Part shown: positions 1 through 17,700 of the stretch, piece by piece
Position numbering within the stretch: position 1 is the first letter of the stretch
Layout of the letters: every line of letters begins with the position of its first letter
Origin: Trichosphaerium sp. ATCC 40318
Taxonomy: Eukaryota; Protista; Tubulinea
Reading direction: 5' to 3'
Assembly (NCBI GenBank): GCA_038496445.1
Contig: JALMLS010000420.1
Location: 682,001-746,000, forward strand
DNA: 64,000 nt
Position numbers and translations under genes: made by a program
Notes under the pieces: model-generated
Databases searched by the model: none
The model's input: only the letters and a program-made list of their open reading frames with translations
Told to the model about the DNA's origin: nothing

Positions 1-2800
1 AATTCCATTACAAGCTCTCTCTTACGTTTAATTTGCAAGGTACTTTGATTGTTTCATCACCTGGGGCAAACGACATATCAAATAACTTCGCAAGTGGAGG
101 TGTGATTAACCAAGTTTTCAGGGGAAGCTTAACACCACGTACTGAAAACAAAGGGATTGTAGTTTGTCTTATTTCTTTTCCAGTAAATGAAGGGGATTCT
201 GTACTAGATAGTGGTGTAGGGGATTCATTTGGGCTATTGCCAGTTATGGAAGGAAGCCGACTAGGAGAAGCTGCAAGTTTTTAATCCAAAACGAAAAAGT
301 GGTTTTGGTTAAACGTTGTTTAGATTGGTTTTGTTGACTTTGATAATACTGGTAGTCTCGATTTGATTTATTCAGTAAAGTTGGGTAGATCGGAGGTATG
401 TTATGACAAGAAATTTCTTTTTTTTATAAGTACACGTGCAAGATAATGAACTATTTTTTTTCTTCTAGCTTCTTTTTCAGCAGCACAAAAGAGTTGAAGG
501 GTAGTGTAGCCTTCCAAACGTTGAGAATTTTGTTAGACGAGGCTGAGGGAGTTGCAAGTCAAATCATTGGTGCTGATGTAAATGGTGACGGCTTTGTAGA
601 CCTTATTGCAACTTTTCCATTTGCTGTTTTTATTGTTTGTGGAAGCCAAAGTTCCTTTCAGCACTTTGCGGCAAATAATATTTCCTACAGTCCCTTTGAT
701 AGGCAATTGCTAGTAAAAGAAGGAGCTAAAATAACAGCGCATTACATAATCAAATTACTCGTTTGGGTGCGTCTATTGTTTATTTAATGTTTACCAAGGG
801 TTGCCCTACTTTTCGGCAAACATGTTCTAACTCCTAGACATCTCGTTTTTGAGCGCCCTTTTGTCTGAGAACATTTTTGCTGAAAACAACGTAGAGCAAG
901 AATATCACATGCTACAAGTTACCTTATGTTTTCTTAGGGTCTATTAGTGGCCGTTTATCGGATCAAGGGATAAAACTAGAATCTATCTCCATTGCTTATG
1001 CCAGCGCATTTAATGGTACCGGTGAAGTCTGGATATTGAATGGACCACTCTATGAGTGGATGGCGAGATATAGATTTGATGAAAATCTAAGTAGATTACC
1101 CCCTTCTGGTTTTATTATCAAAGGTTCAGTACCAGGAGACGAATTTGGAACTGATGTACATGGGGAGATGAACTTCAACAATGACGGTTTCAATGATTTT
1201 ATGGTTTCAGACGGCAAAGGTTATTTGTAATTTTGTGTTTCAATGATTTAAGTATACAAGCTCATTATTTGGATTGTGATTTTAATGGTGATGGTAAAAA
1301 AGACATTATAATGACCTCATTAGTAGATGCTAAGACATATGTTATTTGGATTTGAAGGACTTTATACTGGAAGAACTCTAGTATCCAACTTGGCAAATAT
1401 TTACATCCTAGAACACAATATCGGTAATTTAACTCAAATGCTTTGTAATGATATGAACCGTGATGAGTACGCTGATGTTATACTTGGTGCGCCGTATGAA
1501 GTTGAAGGCAGAGTGCATTTTTACTATGGAGGTCCAGGTAACGTACATATTAACTTCGTATTTTTATGAAATATGTTACAACGGCATAGCTGTACGACAG
1601 TTCAAAACTTCAACAATTACCTTTTCAATTTAGAAAAAAGTTTATAACCTTTTGGTTAGTGTTAAGCACCGTCATATCAGATGTAGCCATAAAAATGTTT
1701 AAAGACCCTCAATTTACAGAAGAGGTAGACATTATAGATGCCAGACAAGACAAGTATTTTAGTATGGTGTTCCAATCTCCAAGGTGCAGATGTAAAAAAA
1801 ACTTATTGTCAAACGGTTTTTATATGTAGCGATGATTCTTATACTTGTAGTTCGTTTAAAGTTAAAATTACGAATATCACAGCGCCTGATTTTCCATTAT
1901 TTGCTATCCTTCAAGCCCCAGAAAATGCTGATGGTATGGAAGTTCGGTATCGCATTGATCGTGAGCATGTGGTCATACACAACCAGCACAAACGCTCTAT
2001 TGAGCAAGCTGATGTTGAGATTGTAATAGAAGTAGACTTCTTTGATGCACGTACCATCCAGCCATATAAATTCATTGTAAATACCAAAATCAATATCACT
2101 AGAAGTAAGCACACAGACAACTTTTTTTCATCAACTTCTTTTTCTTATATTTTTCCAATCACCATTAATTGCGTTGTTGTAGATTGCGGTAATCTTGTAT
2201 ATGATCCAGAAACAGAGGAATGCGACTATTTATCATATGGGTGCGGAGAAGATTGTAGGTGTTACACAGCTGAGATTATTGGTGGAGGTATTTGTCAATT
2301 TGCACCAACAACAATGCCTCCTACAACATTGCCTCCTAATGGCTCCAACAATGCCTCCAACAACATTGCCTCCAACCACACTACCACCAACAACGTTGCC
2401 TCCAACAACATTACCTCCTACAATGTTACCAACAATGTCTCCAAGTACGTTAACCAAACATAACAGTTTTTAACAAGTCACTTTAGCCATCGCTTCAAAC
2501 GACACACTAATAGATGAGTCAAACAATATTGCAAGTATTTTCAACAAACCAAAGCCTTCGGTAAACAGTGTTTTAATATCCCTTTAGGTTAGTAGAGTTG
2601 CGTTTTGGGTCTATATTGTATTCGCTGTTGAAGCTTTGATTATTCTTATATTTGTGGTTTTTGTTATATACTTTCTTTATGATAAGTATTCCGTCCAAAA
2701 GAAGTTTCTTGCACAAATGCAAGATGAAGAGATACAGCTACGGCAAGATTCTAATAGTCACGATCCTCCACCTGAAGATCCTGAAGATAATGGGAAGTGA
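1..2800 (+). CDS. FG-GAP repeat (integrin-alpha beta-propeller-like) type I membrane protein; 5' end outside the window; multi-exon
   Basis: Ca-binding FG-GAP motifs in several exons (DVNGDGFVDL, NFNNDGFNDF, DFNGDGKKD, DMNRDEYADVILGAP). Then a Cys-rich segment, a PPTT mucin stalk, a TM helix (VAFWVYIVFAVEALIILIFVVFVIYFLY) and an acidic tail ending at TGA 2798-2800. No KxGFFKR motif. There is a frameshift in the stalk near 2338. Confidence 0.75.
2305..2445 (+). repeat. 15-bp coding tandem repeat (CCTCCAACAACATTG-like; PPTTL mucin stalk)
   Basis: Directly visible degenerate 15-mers encoding PPTTL/PPTM. Confidence 0.85.
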
Positions 2801-3374
2801 CAGTGCATCTAGCTCAGATGACATTTTTTGAATAAAATAAACAAAAAAAAGAACCAACAAGCGCAAGTAGTTAATAAGCATTTGGTAATATTAGTGTTCC
2901 TTCTAATTACAAAACTCTGTTTCAAGAGTACACTCACTGGTGGGTGTGGTTGTTTTCATTTCCTATCCGTCAGTTTGCACCTCTTTCACGTACGTATCTT
3001 GCGGTATGACTAGCACTATGACTTTTGTTATATTAGTTTTTGTATTTACGCGTGTAATTTAAGTTGAGGTTGTTACGTTGTCGTGCTACGTTTAGCGAAC
3101 ACTTCGATTATGGCTTCTTTTTCTAGTAAAACTCCACAACGACTTGCAAATGCGCTACGACGCCTTTTCTACGCACAAATATGTATATGGAGGGCAAGTA
3201 GCTTTAGGAAAATTGTTTAGCCACGACGAAAACAATAAACTGTTAATAATAATACAAAGACAATTTGGTTGTAGAGGACGACTTTCTTGTTTTCTGAACA
3301 GAACTATCAAAGGAAGTTCCCATTTTACTCGATTTGACTTGCTCGGCCTAATTTATACATACAAATACCACAGC

Positions 3375-3641
3375 ATGCGCTCTTCATCATTACTAGTACT
3401 TGTGCTATTGGCCGTTTTTGTAGCTCTATGCGCCGGTTGCAACCGTTATACTGCTAACAGGCGTTCCGGCAGTTGCCATTATCAAACTAAACCAAGGAGG
3501 AAAGGAATGCTGGACTCAATAAAAGACATGTGGCGTTCTAGAAGATCAGCATCTTTACGCAGACCACGCTCACTAGCATACAGAAGACCACACAGAAGAG
3601 CAGCCTTTGGCAGAAGCTATGCCAGAAACCCTTACGCATAA
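3375..3641 (+). CDS. Small secreted Arg-rich cationic peptide (88 aa), intronless
   Basis: MRSSSLLVLVLLAVFVALCAG signal peptide; highly basic mature region; AATAAA immediately after the stop. Confidence 0.65.
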   Translation: MRSSSLLVLVLLAVFVALCAGCNRYTANRRSGSCHYQTKPRRKGMLDSIKDMWRSRRSASLRRPRSLAYRRPHRRAAFGRSYARNPYA

Positions 3642-4541
3642 ATAAATACTTCAACGCGCTTTCTTAAATACTAGTTTAATACAATTGAGTTGCACTATTG
3701 GCGCGTAGAATTGCATTCAGAGCTTCCTAATGTCCTCGCTCGAATGCAAAAACAGTTTGTCCCACAGCTTGTAAAATCACTGTTGTAATTCACCAGAAGT
3801 GCGCCCAGTGTTTATTGTTGCATTTTTTTTTGCGAGTGAACTCGATTAGGTACTTTTCCTTTCAATTTAGAAAAAGCATTCCGAGTGCGTTAATCCAACG
3901 TCAAAAGACTAACATATTAGAAATTGACCAGTATTGTCATCACTCATAACCTACACCTTCCTCCAGTTGTTGCTTGTCGAGAACTTAATACTCACGACAA
4001 AACCGAACTCAACAATGGATTTAAATCGCTCCTTACACTTTACTTTTTGAGTCTGAAATACACAGGGACTGAATTCGCAGAGTTCCAAATTGGAGAACCA
4101 AGGTAATTCAGGTAACATATTTCGAGAAAACGGATGGTGTACAAGTCTCATCGATCACCTAAAAACAAAAACAGTTTACGTTATGTTTTGCAACTCATGT
4201 ATGGCTTTCATTTTACTCTCCCTTGTGCATTGTAGTGCTCCAAATACCGGATTGGTAGGGTGGGTAGCTAATAAACTTATTGTACCTGCAACAACAATGC
4301 AATATCACACCTAATACATGATATCTCAGTTTCCAATTATCAGCAATTATCTTAATTAAGAAATACTCCCTGAGCTTGAGATGGTATGGTATTGGCGAGC
4401 AACAAAATTACAGCCTTTTTTGCAAATACGCTTATGTATTGAAGCTAAGCAATTGTATAATGGGTACTATTGGATCAAACTTTTGTACAAAACCAAACGA
4501 CCAACTAGTAATTTATTTTACATGGACACCTTTTTAACTTT

Positions 4542-8654
<4,113 letters not shown>

Positions 8655-8802
8655 TCAACCTCGACAATAATGGAGAGTATTTCTGCTTTTAAAATTCAAT
8701 TATTTTGGGCAATTAAAACTCAGGCTTTAGTTTCGGTCAACGTTTGAAATTTCACTCAATAACAAAAGCAGCAGTTACTTTTAGAACGTTGCGCTGTACC
8801 AG
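8655..8802. promoter_or_regulatory. Probable bidirectional promoter (~150 bp) between DDX46 and the hydrolase
   Basis: Head-to-head ATGs at 8654 (-) and 8803 (+). Confidence 0.5.
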
Positions 8803-11195
8803 ATGTCAATATTTAAGAACGGCTATGAGCAGCTTGTAAATGCGATAATTAGACCACCAAGGTAACTGACCAATGCGCTGTAATAATTGCTTACGTATTG
8901 TAGACGCGAATACGACATTAGTAGCTTGGGTTCTCCAATATTCACTGTAAGTGGCCGGCGATGTAAGAGAACAGATTTAGAGGTATGACGAACCCATACC
9001 ACCGTAATATTCTGACGACTTTGTGCAGTTAACTAACTCACGCGATTTAACCCTTCAATGCAGTCTATATAGTCCTGTTTCGCGCCCTAAGAAACTTCCT
9101 TGTGTTATTTATTGTCACGGTTCGTAGTTTTTTTGGTTATTTCGGTTTTTTTTTTGGTTGGGTTTCACTAATGATCCACTACCCTCTTTATTTGGTAAAA
9201 AAAACCGCGAACAAAATGATCAAAAAGCGCATTCACGTGCGTCAACAAGCACAAAAAAAATAACAAAAAAATAGGAAATTGCGGATGTCGTTTAGACGCT
9301 ACTGATGCTATTCGCATGCTATTACCAATGAATATATGTGTATTTTGCTTTGATTTCTCTGGTTCCGGGTTGTCTGAGGTTAGTTTCAAGCATACAAGTT
9401 ATAACGACTTGGTTTTTGTGTAAAGCCCTTTTCTTCTATTTTTTTTTTCCGTTTGTGGATTTTTCTCGCTCAAGATTCTTTCTAGGGCGAGTATGTGACA
9501 CTAGGTCACTTTGAAAAATTAGATTTGGAGACAGTAATTGAATACCTAAGGTAACCACGCAGAATCTTTGTAACGCACAAATATCTAACATTTTTTAGAA
9601 AATCTGAGAGTGTTACAAGAATTGCTTTGTGGGGACGAAGTATGGGTGCTGTTACGTCTATTCTTTATGGTGTCACGTAAGTGTTATCGGTTTCAGTATC
9701 TATGTGCTGTACATGGGTTTTAAATATGTCTAGGGATCCATCCGTTGCTTGTATGATACTTGATAGTCCTTTTTCAAGCTTGACCACATTGTCACAAGAA
9801 TTGATTGAGACTATGCAAATAAAACTACCTAAACTTATGGTAAAGGCTGGTATGAAAGTGGTCTCACGTTCAGTAAAGAGTAGAGCGCAATTAGATATAA
9901 AGTAAGTAATATTTCTGTTCTGTTCTCCATAACTTTGTTGTCCTTTTTGTTTACTTTTTATGTTGCTTACTTTATATTAGTAAATTAGAACCAATTAAAG
10001 CGGCACCATGTTGCTTTATACCTTGTTTGTTCGTTCACGGGAAAGGAGATGATTTTATTGCTCCTTCTCACTCTGAAGCTTTGTATCCTTTATTTTTTCT
10101 TTTCTTTTTTTTCTGATGATACTTTTTTGTTGTTGTTTCGGTTTGTGACTTGACTTCACTGTCTTATTTTGTTTTTCCTTAACTACCAGAAATAAAGAAT
10201 ACGCAGGTGATCATAATTTGATTCTGATCGATGGCGATCATAACAGCCAAAGGCCACGATTTTTCTATGATTCTGCTAGTATTTTCTTTTCAAACAACCT
10301 ACTTATTGACAGCGACTTTGGTGGTATGTTAATGCTCACCAATCTGTTTTATTACTACTCATCTAATGAATATTAATAGAGGATAATCCAATACCAACTG
10401 AGAAGGAGTTGGAGCAAGAAGTTCCAAGCTTCCGTCAAAACGGAGGACCACTTGACTTTCAAGCACAGCTTGAAATGGCGCAGCAAGAATCAAGTACTTG
10501 TCTTGATTCAATGTAATAATAGTAACCTTATTAGTAATGGCTTCTTTGCTTGGTCAAGGTGGATCGGATGCGCCTAATAGTGTAGTAATGGACGAAGAAG
10601 AACAAATACGTCAAGCAATACTTTTATCTCTTCAGTACGTTTTAACAATGATTTTTGTTGTGTTTTTCATGGACTCACTCGTATTTTTTAGGGAAGCAAA
10701 TGGTGGAGATGCCAGTGCAGATGTTAGTAATGCTGATGATAGCGATACAAAACGTGCGTTTAGATTCGGTCTTTATTAATTGTTGACATGAATATTTCTG
10801 TTTTTAGCGAAATCAACCAGCAGCGAACAACAACCTAAGAAAAAGAAGGAATCCAAGTCTTCTAAAAAATCAAAATCGAAAAGAAATAGAGGAGATAAGA
10901 AAACACAAAAGGAAGATAAACCTAAACCTAAAAAAGAGGAACAACTTGTGCGTTGGCGTTACCTTTTTAGTTCTCACCTACAACCAACAATGTTTCTTGA
11001 ATTTTTCTTAGAAAACTTTCACGTGTTTTCGCTGTTGTTTTGTTGGTTTTGAACTCTAGTTTAATTAGCTATAATATACGTAACATTCTATGTGCTTATG
11101 TATTTATTTAGATATCATTGGATGATGATTCGACAGAAGAGGAAGAGCAGTTAGTTAAAAAGCCAAGAAAAAAAAGAGACAAAAAAAGTACTTAA
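8803..11195 (+). CDS. Alpha/beta hydrolase (YqkD/ABHD-like) with C-terminal UIM motif(s) and Lys-rich tail; multi-exon
   Basis: EQLVNAIIRPPR, CVIYCHGNCGCR, FDFSGSGLSEGEYVTLG, nucleophile motif LWGRSMGA, LDSPFS, GDHNS, and UIM-like DEEEQIRQAILLSL. Confidence 0.9.
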
Positions 11196-11390
11196 AAAAA
11201 AAGGTGAGTTGATTTCGAGCAGTGTGGTTGTCTTTGTATGACACTTACACTATTGGTTTATGTACAGTTATAAAGAAGTGTTTTAATATGAATGTATAAA
11301 GATAGTAGTATCTATTAACTTTACCAAAAAACCTGAAACTCTTTTGTTCTTGAATGAATTTTATAATGCAAGCAAAATGGTTCATAGTTC

Positions 11391-12300
11391 CTAATACTTT
11401 CTCAAATTGTACACCATCAAGTCCCCGTTGTCATGCCACTTGTGGTATCCTTCTTGTTTGCCATTGACATACTTGCACCACTCCATCAATTGGCCATTCT
11501 CATACCACTTCCTGCATTCTCCTTCTTTTCTGCCTTTGATGTAATTACACTGCTTTAGTAATTTGCCACTCTTGTACCACTTTTTGTATTCGCCTTCTTT
11601 ATTGCCATTAATGTAATTGCATATCATTGATTTGCCATTAGAGTAATCTACAATACATTTTCCTTCTTCCTTGCCATTAGTGTAATATGAAATCCTCCAA
11701 GATTTGCCATTAGAGTGCCATAACTTACATTCTCCTTCTCGTTTGCCATTAAGGTAATTATGCTGGGTTGCCAATTGCCCATTCCTATACCAATCTTTGT
11801 ATTCTCCTTCTTTTTTGCCATTGGCGCAACTATGTTGCCACCTCAATTTGCCGTTGAACCACCATACTTTGCATTCTCCTTCTGCTCTGCCATTTGAAAT
11901 TTGTCTTCTCCCTTATTTTGCCACTAGAGTGCCATGACTTGTATTCTCCTTCAAGCATGCCATTAAGGTAGTTATGCTGGCTCGCCAATTGGCCATTGTC
12001 ATACCATTTCTTGTATTCTCCTTCTTTTTTGCCATTGATGTAATTACACTGGATCTTTAATTTACCATTCTTATACCACTCCTTGTACTCTCCATCTTGT
12101 ACACCAAGTATCCAGCACTCTTGCTGTAGAACAAAGTTGTTGCGTATTCGAAGCCACTTTCCATGCTTATTCATGTCACAATCATACCTTGTGTTCATTG
12201 CTGCCTGTTTTGAAAGGAGAGGCCACTTTAAATACAGTGACAAGTCCAAATCGATAATATCAAGCTGAATCTCAACTGGAAGAAGTTTAATAGATGGCAC
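11391..12300 (-). pseudogene. F-box-like + MORN-variant (YwqK-type) repeat gene; intronless, frameshifted
   Basis: LLPVEIQLDII N-terminus; repeats of the type NGKKEGEYKKWYxNGQL. The frame changes near 11895, and there is no in-frame ATG (TAA five codons upstream of the GTG). Confidence 0.7.
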
Positions 12301-12429
12301 ACTTCTGGATTTACATTAAATCTCTAATAATTCATTATTTAATACTTTAATTAAATGGATCCTGGTACGTCGGATGCGGTGCGCGCGAACATTGTGAATA
12401 AATCCGGCTAAAGGTTTTTAGCCTCTTTA

Positions 12430-13406
12430 TTTATTTTTCTGCTAAGTTGGCGAAGACGTGTTTTCACCTTCTCAATTCTTCAGGTTACCAAATGGTGCCA
12501 CTCTTTGTTTTCTTCATTGAAGCTTAAAACAAAGGTCTTTGCTGACATTGATACAAAAGACCATTACCCGTTTGTAATTGTGCGCTATCATTATGATCGA
12601 ATATAAATATCTTGGCTATTCCTCTAGACGTTGTTATGCAAGCCATTACATGTAAAGTGTTTTAGACTCGTCACTGTTTTTGTAAATTACTGAATGATTG
12701 ATTGAGTCAAGGTATTATTGTAAAGAGCTATTCGAGATGTCTAATAGTATTGATTTTGGTGATTGAGTCGAGTTAAAATATTATGAAGAGCTATTGAATA
12801 AGGAAAGCTTAGTCAAAATGTCTGGCATTACAATCTTAAAACGGAAAAAAAGTTGCAGTTACTTCACTTTCCCTAAATAGATTTACGCCTAGCATTTCCG
12901 CTAGAAATTTTATGTTATTATTAAACGTAAAAGTTACACGTGTTGTGGCAGATTGCTGCAGTTACCTCATGACACAGAAACACGATATTTGTAACTTGAA
13001 TCAGCGTTACAATTTCCAACAACAAACGCTTTCGAAATGTGACCGTGTGTTATCAGTCAATAAAATCCTAGATAGCTTACTTGCCTTTATATTCCTCTGC
13101 AGGTACATAACGTAAGTGGAAAGGTTTTTTACTAACAGTATTGGTGAATATCCAAGTGAACCAACAGTCATCGCCCATCGGTATTTCTTCCAACATTTTT
13201 GACACCATATCTTCAAAAATCTTAGATGGAATCTGAGAAATCACTTGCCTATACCTAGAATTCTCTTTGGCAAACAAGGTTAAGGCATCAATCCAGAAAA
13301 GAGCGTTATCTTGCGCCTAAAAAGCACGCGCCAATGGGAATAATGTTGCACGTGTTAATATGCTGCAACGAATTAGCAGCACTAATAAAAAGCTATTTCG
13401 CCACAT
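12430..13406 (-). CDS. Hypothetical multi-exon protein, possibly secreted
   Basis: MWRNSFLLVLLIRCSILT start, GT..AG intron pattern and protein-like exon 13077-13320. The 3' end is uncertain. Confidence 0.35.
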
Positions 13407-14759
13407 CTGAAAAGAGTTCATAGATTAACGCCCAAGTACGGCCGTTACTAAAAATCGTGATTAGCAAAAGACAGAATTCTTTTAAGAAACAACGATGTAC
13501 ACGATTTCAAGAACAATTGTTGATGAGTAAGTGCTGGGCGTAGGGCTAGTTTAACTTACGTACCAAGCAACCAGCCGGAGGTGCATGAGTCGGATATTTG
13601 CTGATTTTGATGCATAAACTTAGCGTGAAAGGTCAAAGGTGATTGGTCCTTTTTATATTCAGCTTCCACGTGCAAAAAGAAACAATCTCATTGGTTCATT
13701 TTTTTATGCAAATGCACGTTAATTGTGAAACCACGTGTTTTTTTTAATGTTGAATTTGTTTGTGGTGTTTCCAAATGCGTGAATCCTCATGTATCAGTTA
13801 AATATGGGATGTTATCCTCCTTTGAGACAGCCTTCTTAATCATCTATCCCGTAATAGTAATAGTCTCTGGCCTTTGGTAAAAACTAGCTCAATTCCAGAA
13901 ATATACGTTCAAGGTAAGTAGAACCAACAGTAAGACAATTAGTTCTCACGTGTTAAAAGGAGTTCTATGCACTGTACAGTTTGGGTACATGTACAAGTTA
14001 AATCATAGTCTTTGCAATCACTTTATTGTATATTTGCGCTCTTGGTACAGCAAGTGTTGCAAAGAATGCCTGTTTAGTTTTAAAACCGGACTCAGATGAG
14101 AAAGAGGTTTCATCAGACATATACAAAAATAACAAAAGCCATTGGTGATGTCTTTAGATATGCCCAAAAGCATAAAAATCTTTGAGTCTATTTTTGACAT
14201 GCCATACGATGACCTTGCTCGGATTTTTGTGATGGCTGAAAAGTCAGTTGTTCCAAAACAACTTTAAAAGGTGAACCAGTAATGGACAAAGTGTGTTTTA
14301 TGTAGGATAACCTTTCACCATCAACGAACTCTCAACAACAAGAGCAGCATCAATGATAGCAAGCAGACAACATTGTGGGTAAATAAACCACACACTTGCC
14401 TTGCACTAGAGCTATCTGCCAAGGACGATTCATCCCCTCCCAGACCGTTTTCGTGGTTCTTGGTTGGTAACTGATCTAACTTCTTACATTAGTACTATTC
14501 TGTATTCTGCCAATACCAGCTATTGTGCATGGTGGCATGAATATTCTTATTGTGCATAAGTACTCCAGCTGTTCTAACATGGGTACTACAGTGCCACTAA
14601 TTGCAAGCAACTGTACTTTAATCTGAAAAAGGTTATGTTTATTGGTTTGTTGGTCGCAAGTAAGTTATTGCTCGTAGCTTCAAATACATTAAAAGTGCAT
14701 TTTCAGCGTTACAGATAGTTGTTTCCTAGAAGCAAGATGCTTCTATACTAGCTTCTAAA

Positions 14760-17700
14760 TTAAATATGGGTGTTTTTCTTTGTAGTGATAGCCTTCTTGA
14801 TCATCTAACCGTAATAGTAAGTACACAGCACTAATTTTGAATATTTTACACCTCATAAGTCTTAGCAGCTTCAACTCCAGAAGGGTTTGAACTCGAAGTC
14901 TGTTTAATTATTTTTTTCAAAACATTTCTAACTTTAGTAGTAGCAAGTGTGGGTATCATGTCATCAATTGAAGTGCAAGCTCTGGGACAACATGTTAGTT
15001 TGTTAACAAGACATTGTAGAAGCCCAAAGGATTGAAACTTGTGCAAAAAGAACTAATAACTTACCCTAAAAACTGTGCTATTGATATTTTGATGTCATCG
15101 AGATATGCTCCATGGTTTGTTGTTAGGCTTATGACCTCTAACAAAGTATTGTTATCAAGTTGTTTGGCATATTTGCTTTCAATAATCGCAGTGTAAACAT
15201 CACACAAGCCCTTCATCAAGTGACTTTTACAATAAGATTGTTTACTTTGAAGCAGTGAGGTTTGAATAGCAGCATATCTCAAGGTGGGTTCAACATAACA
15301 TTCATATTCATCACCAACAGCTGTCAAGATAGATGCAAGGCAAGATCCTAAGCTCCCTAAACAATCTTTCTCGGCACTTTCTTTGGAATATAAGTTTGGC
15401 CATTGTTCAACACTAGCAAGTCTCTTCTAATTTCAAGTTAGGTGTATAACTAGAAAGGCCTGTTTTTGGAAAGCAATTGATTTACCTCAACATCAAATAA
15501 CACTTGCATCACAGATTTGATGTGTTTACCAAACTGGGCTCCTTGTTGGCATGCGCGATAAGCTATAAGCTTTATCAAATTGCAAATAACCTATACCAAC
15601 TTAATTTAATGCCTATTCCAAATATCTCACGCTGTCGTCTGTTATTTTTTGCATCTTTATCTGTTGTACTAACAAAGGTACAATGTTGCGATAGATTGTT
15701 AATGTTGGATAGGCTAATAATTGTTACTTCTCACAAGTTAGAACACAGTGACTCACAAATTGCAATGTGACGCAAACGTGATATTGCTGTATGTTGTAAT
15801 TGTTTTTGTTCATCACAACTAACTTCAGCGTACATCAAGCTAACAAGCACTGACATAAGGTTATGTCAATTGAGCCTACAATAACATCAAATACACGCAA
15901 AATAAAGCAAAACATACCCATTTCTCTGATTACATCACAAACTGCTTTTGTCATACAATTGATAAAATTTGCTTTCAAACTTTTATCTATGGAAGGTGTA
16001 TGCAAAGACATAGTTTCAATGGCTTTCACCATATTAAACAATATGTCTTGCTTTCTGTGCTCAATTCTTCTTCCACGTAATGCAATCAGTACTGATTCTA
16101 GAGCTTTTATAATATCTGTTCCTTGTTGGTGAAAAAGAATTGAACCAGGCCTACACTTCTTGTTACTATTTTGTGAATTCTAAATGTATTACTGCAGTAA
16201 ATTGTCAAAATCAATTATTTCCACTAGCTTTTCAAGTATTTCTTCTTTGTTAACATCTCTCTTAGTAACCAGAAAAGGTTAAAACAATAGTGGTAATACT
16301 AGGTTGAAATGTACCCAGTCAGCACCATGATATGCTGTCATTGTGTAAACGAACAAAGCTACATCAAACATGTGTTCTGCATCATCCAAATGAGTAATAA
16401 TTTCGGTTTTTGTTTCGTCAGTCATTTGATGGACTATAACATAGATGCCCAAAACCTTGCTGCAAATAATAAACCCAAAATTGTAAAAAAATAATGAGAA
16501 GACCTTATTCCACATTTTGAGCAAAAACAAACAATAAAAATGATAAAGGACAGGACATACAATGCATCTCTCCTGATGCTGGGATGTGGGCTATCAAGAG
16601 CTTCCAATGCCATTCTTTCAATCTATACACATGGTTAAGTAAATAATATTGAGTTTGTATTACATCTTCAGCCATATCATAGATTTCATCAACTCGATAG
16701 GAGGTAGAAAAATGGGAAAGCAATTGGATTGCAGTTCGTCTTGCATGCCGATCAGAAACATTAAATACATTATTACTGATATAAGTAATTGTTGATTTTA
16801 AGCGTTGTTTGGCTTCATCTGGCTTTTTAGTTGTTAGAAATGGACTAAAAAGCACTAGCATAAAAACGTACAACACTTAAAACTTCGTCAGAAAAAATAT
16901 CTTGCCAGAATTCGCTGTGTAAAAGCATTGGAGCAATTTCCTTATAAAAAGGATGAGAAAAATAGGTGCTAGTTCTTCAAATACTTCCACGTGCGAGCGG
17001 CTCAATTTCACAATAAACTCAAAGTGCGTACCTTCATGAACGATTTCTCGTTTAACGTTTTACACAGTCGCTTTGACACAAGTCTCAGTGTAAATACGTT
17101 ATTGGTGCTTAAGTACAACACAATCTCGGTTATTATGTCATACGGCACTGAATGAAGTGTAGCGGCTTCCTAAAAAAACGCGAAGTAAATACTAATTCTT
17201 TAGCTCCTTACGTGTAGTAAAAAAAAAAGTTACGTGTAGTAAAAGTATTTCGTCATTTATTTTTACTGATGTGATCTTTTGTGTACAAAGTTACATTGAA
17301 TAGCAAGCTAGCAGCCTTGCGCCTACTAGTGGTGAATTTCGGCGTGTTATCAGGTGTCATACTGTCGATAATGGCATGTAAAGATGTTAAGGTCAGTTTC
17401 ATAAGACCTCGTATCATGCGACATTTCTCATTTTGTACCCGACCCTTTTCAACATTACACCATGGCATCTGGTTGGCCTTATCCACAGAGCAAAATTTGG
17501 CCTTATAAAAGGAATGCAAAACGGCTTTGTCAGTTCTGGGATGACCTACAAATAAATCAAGCTCTTTTTCTGCATTTTCAAGTAGATTTGGATTTGTGGC
17601 TCGAAGAATGCGATTGATCAAAACAGGCTTGTTGCCAGCTGATTTAAGTAGTAGCTCCTTGCATATATGCTGAAGCTCTGGTTTGTGTTTGGATTTTAGA

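Noticed and set aside
11890-11905. A AAT TTC slippery heptamer at the MORN frameshift
   Set aside because: The repeat resumes in the +1 frame rather than -1, so a small indel explains it better.
17204-17243. Repeat-spacer-repeat pattern suggesting CRISPR
   Set aside because: Only two units, mirrored at the other end of the element; it is a TIR. No cas genes are present and the DNA is eukaryotic.
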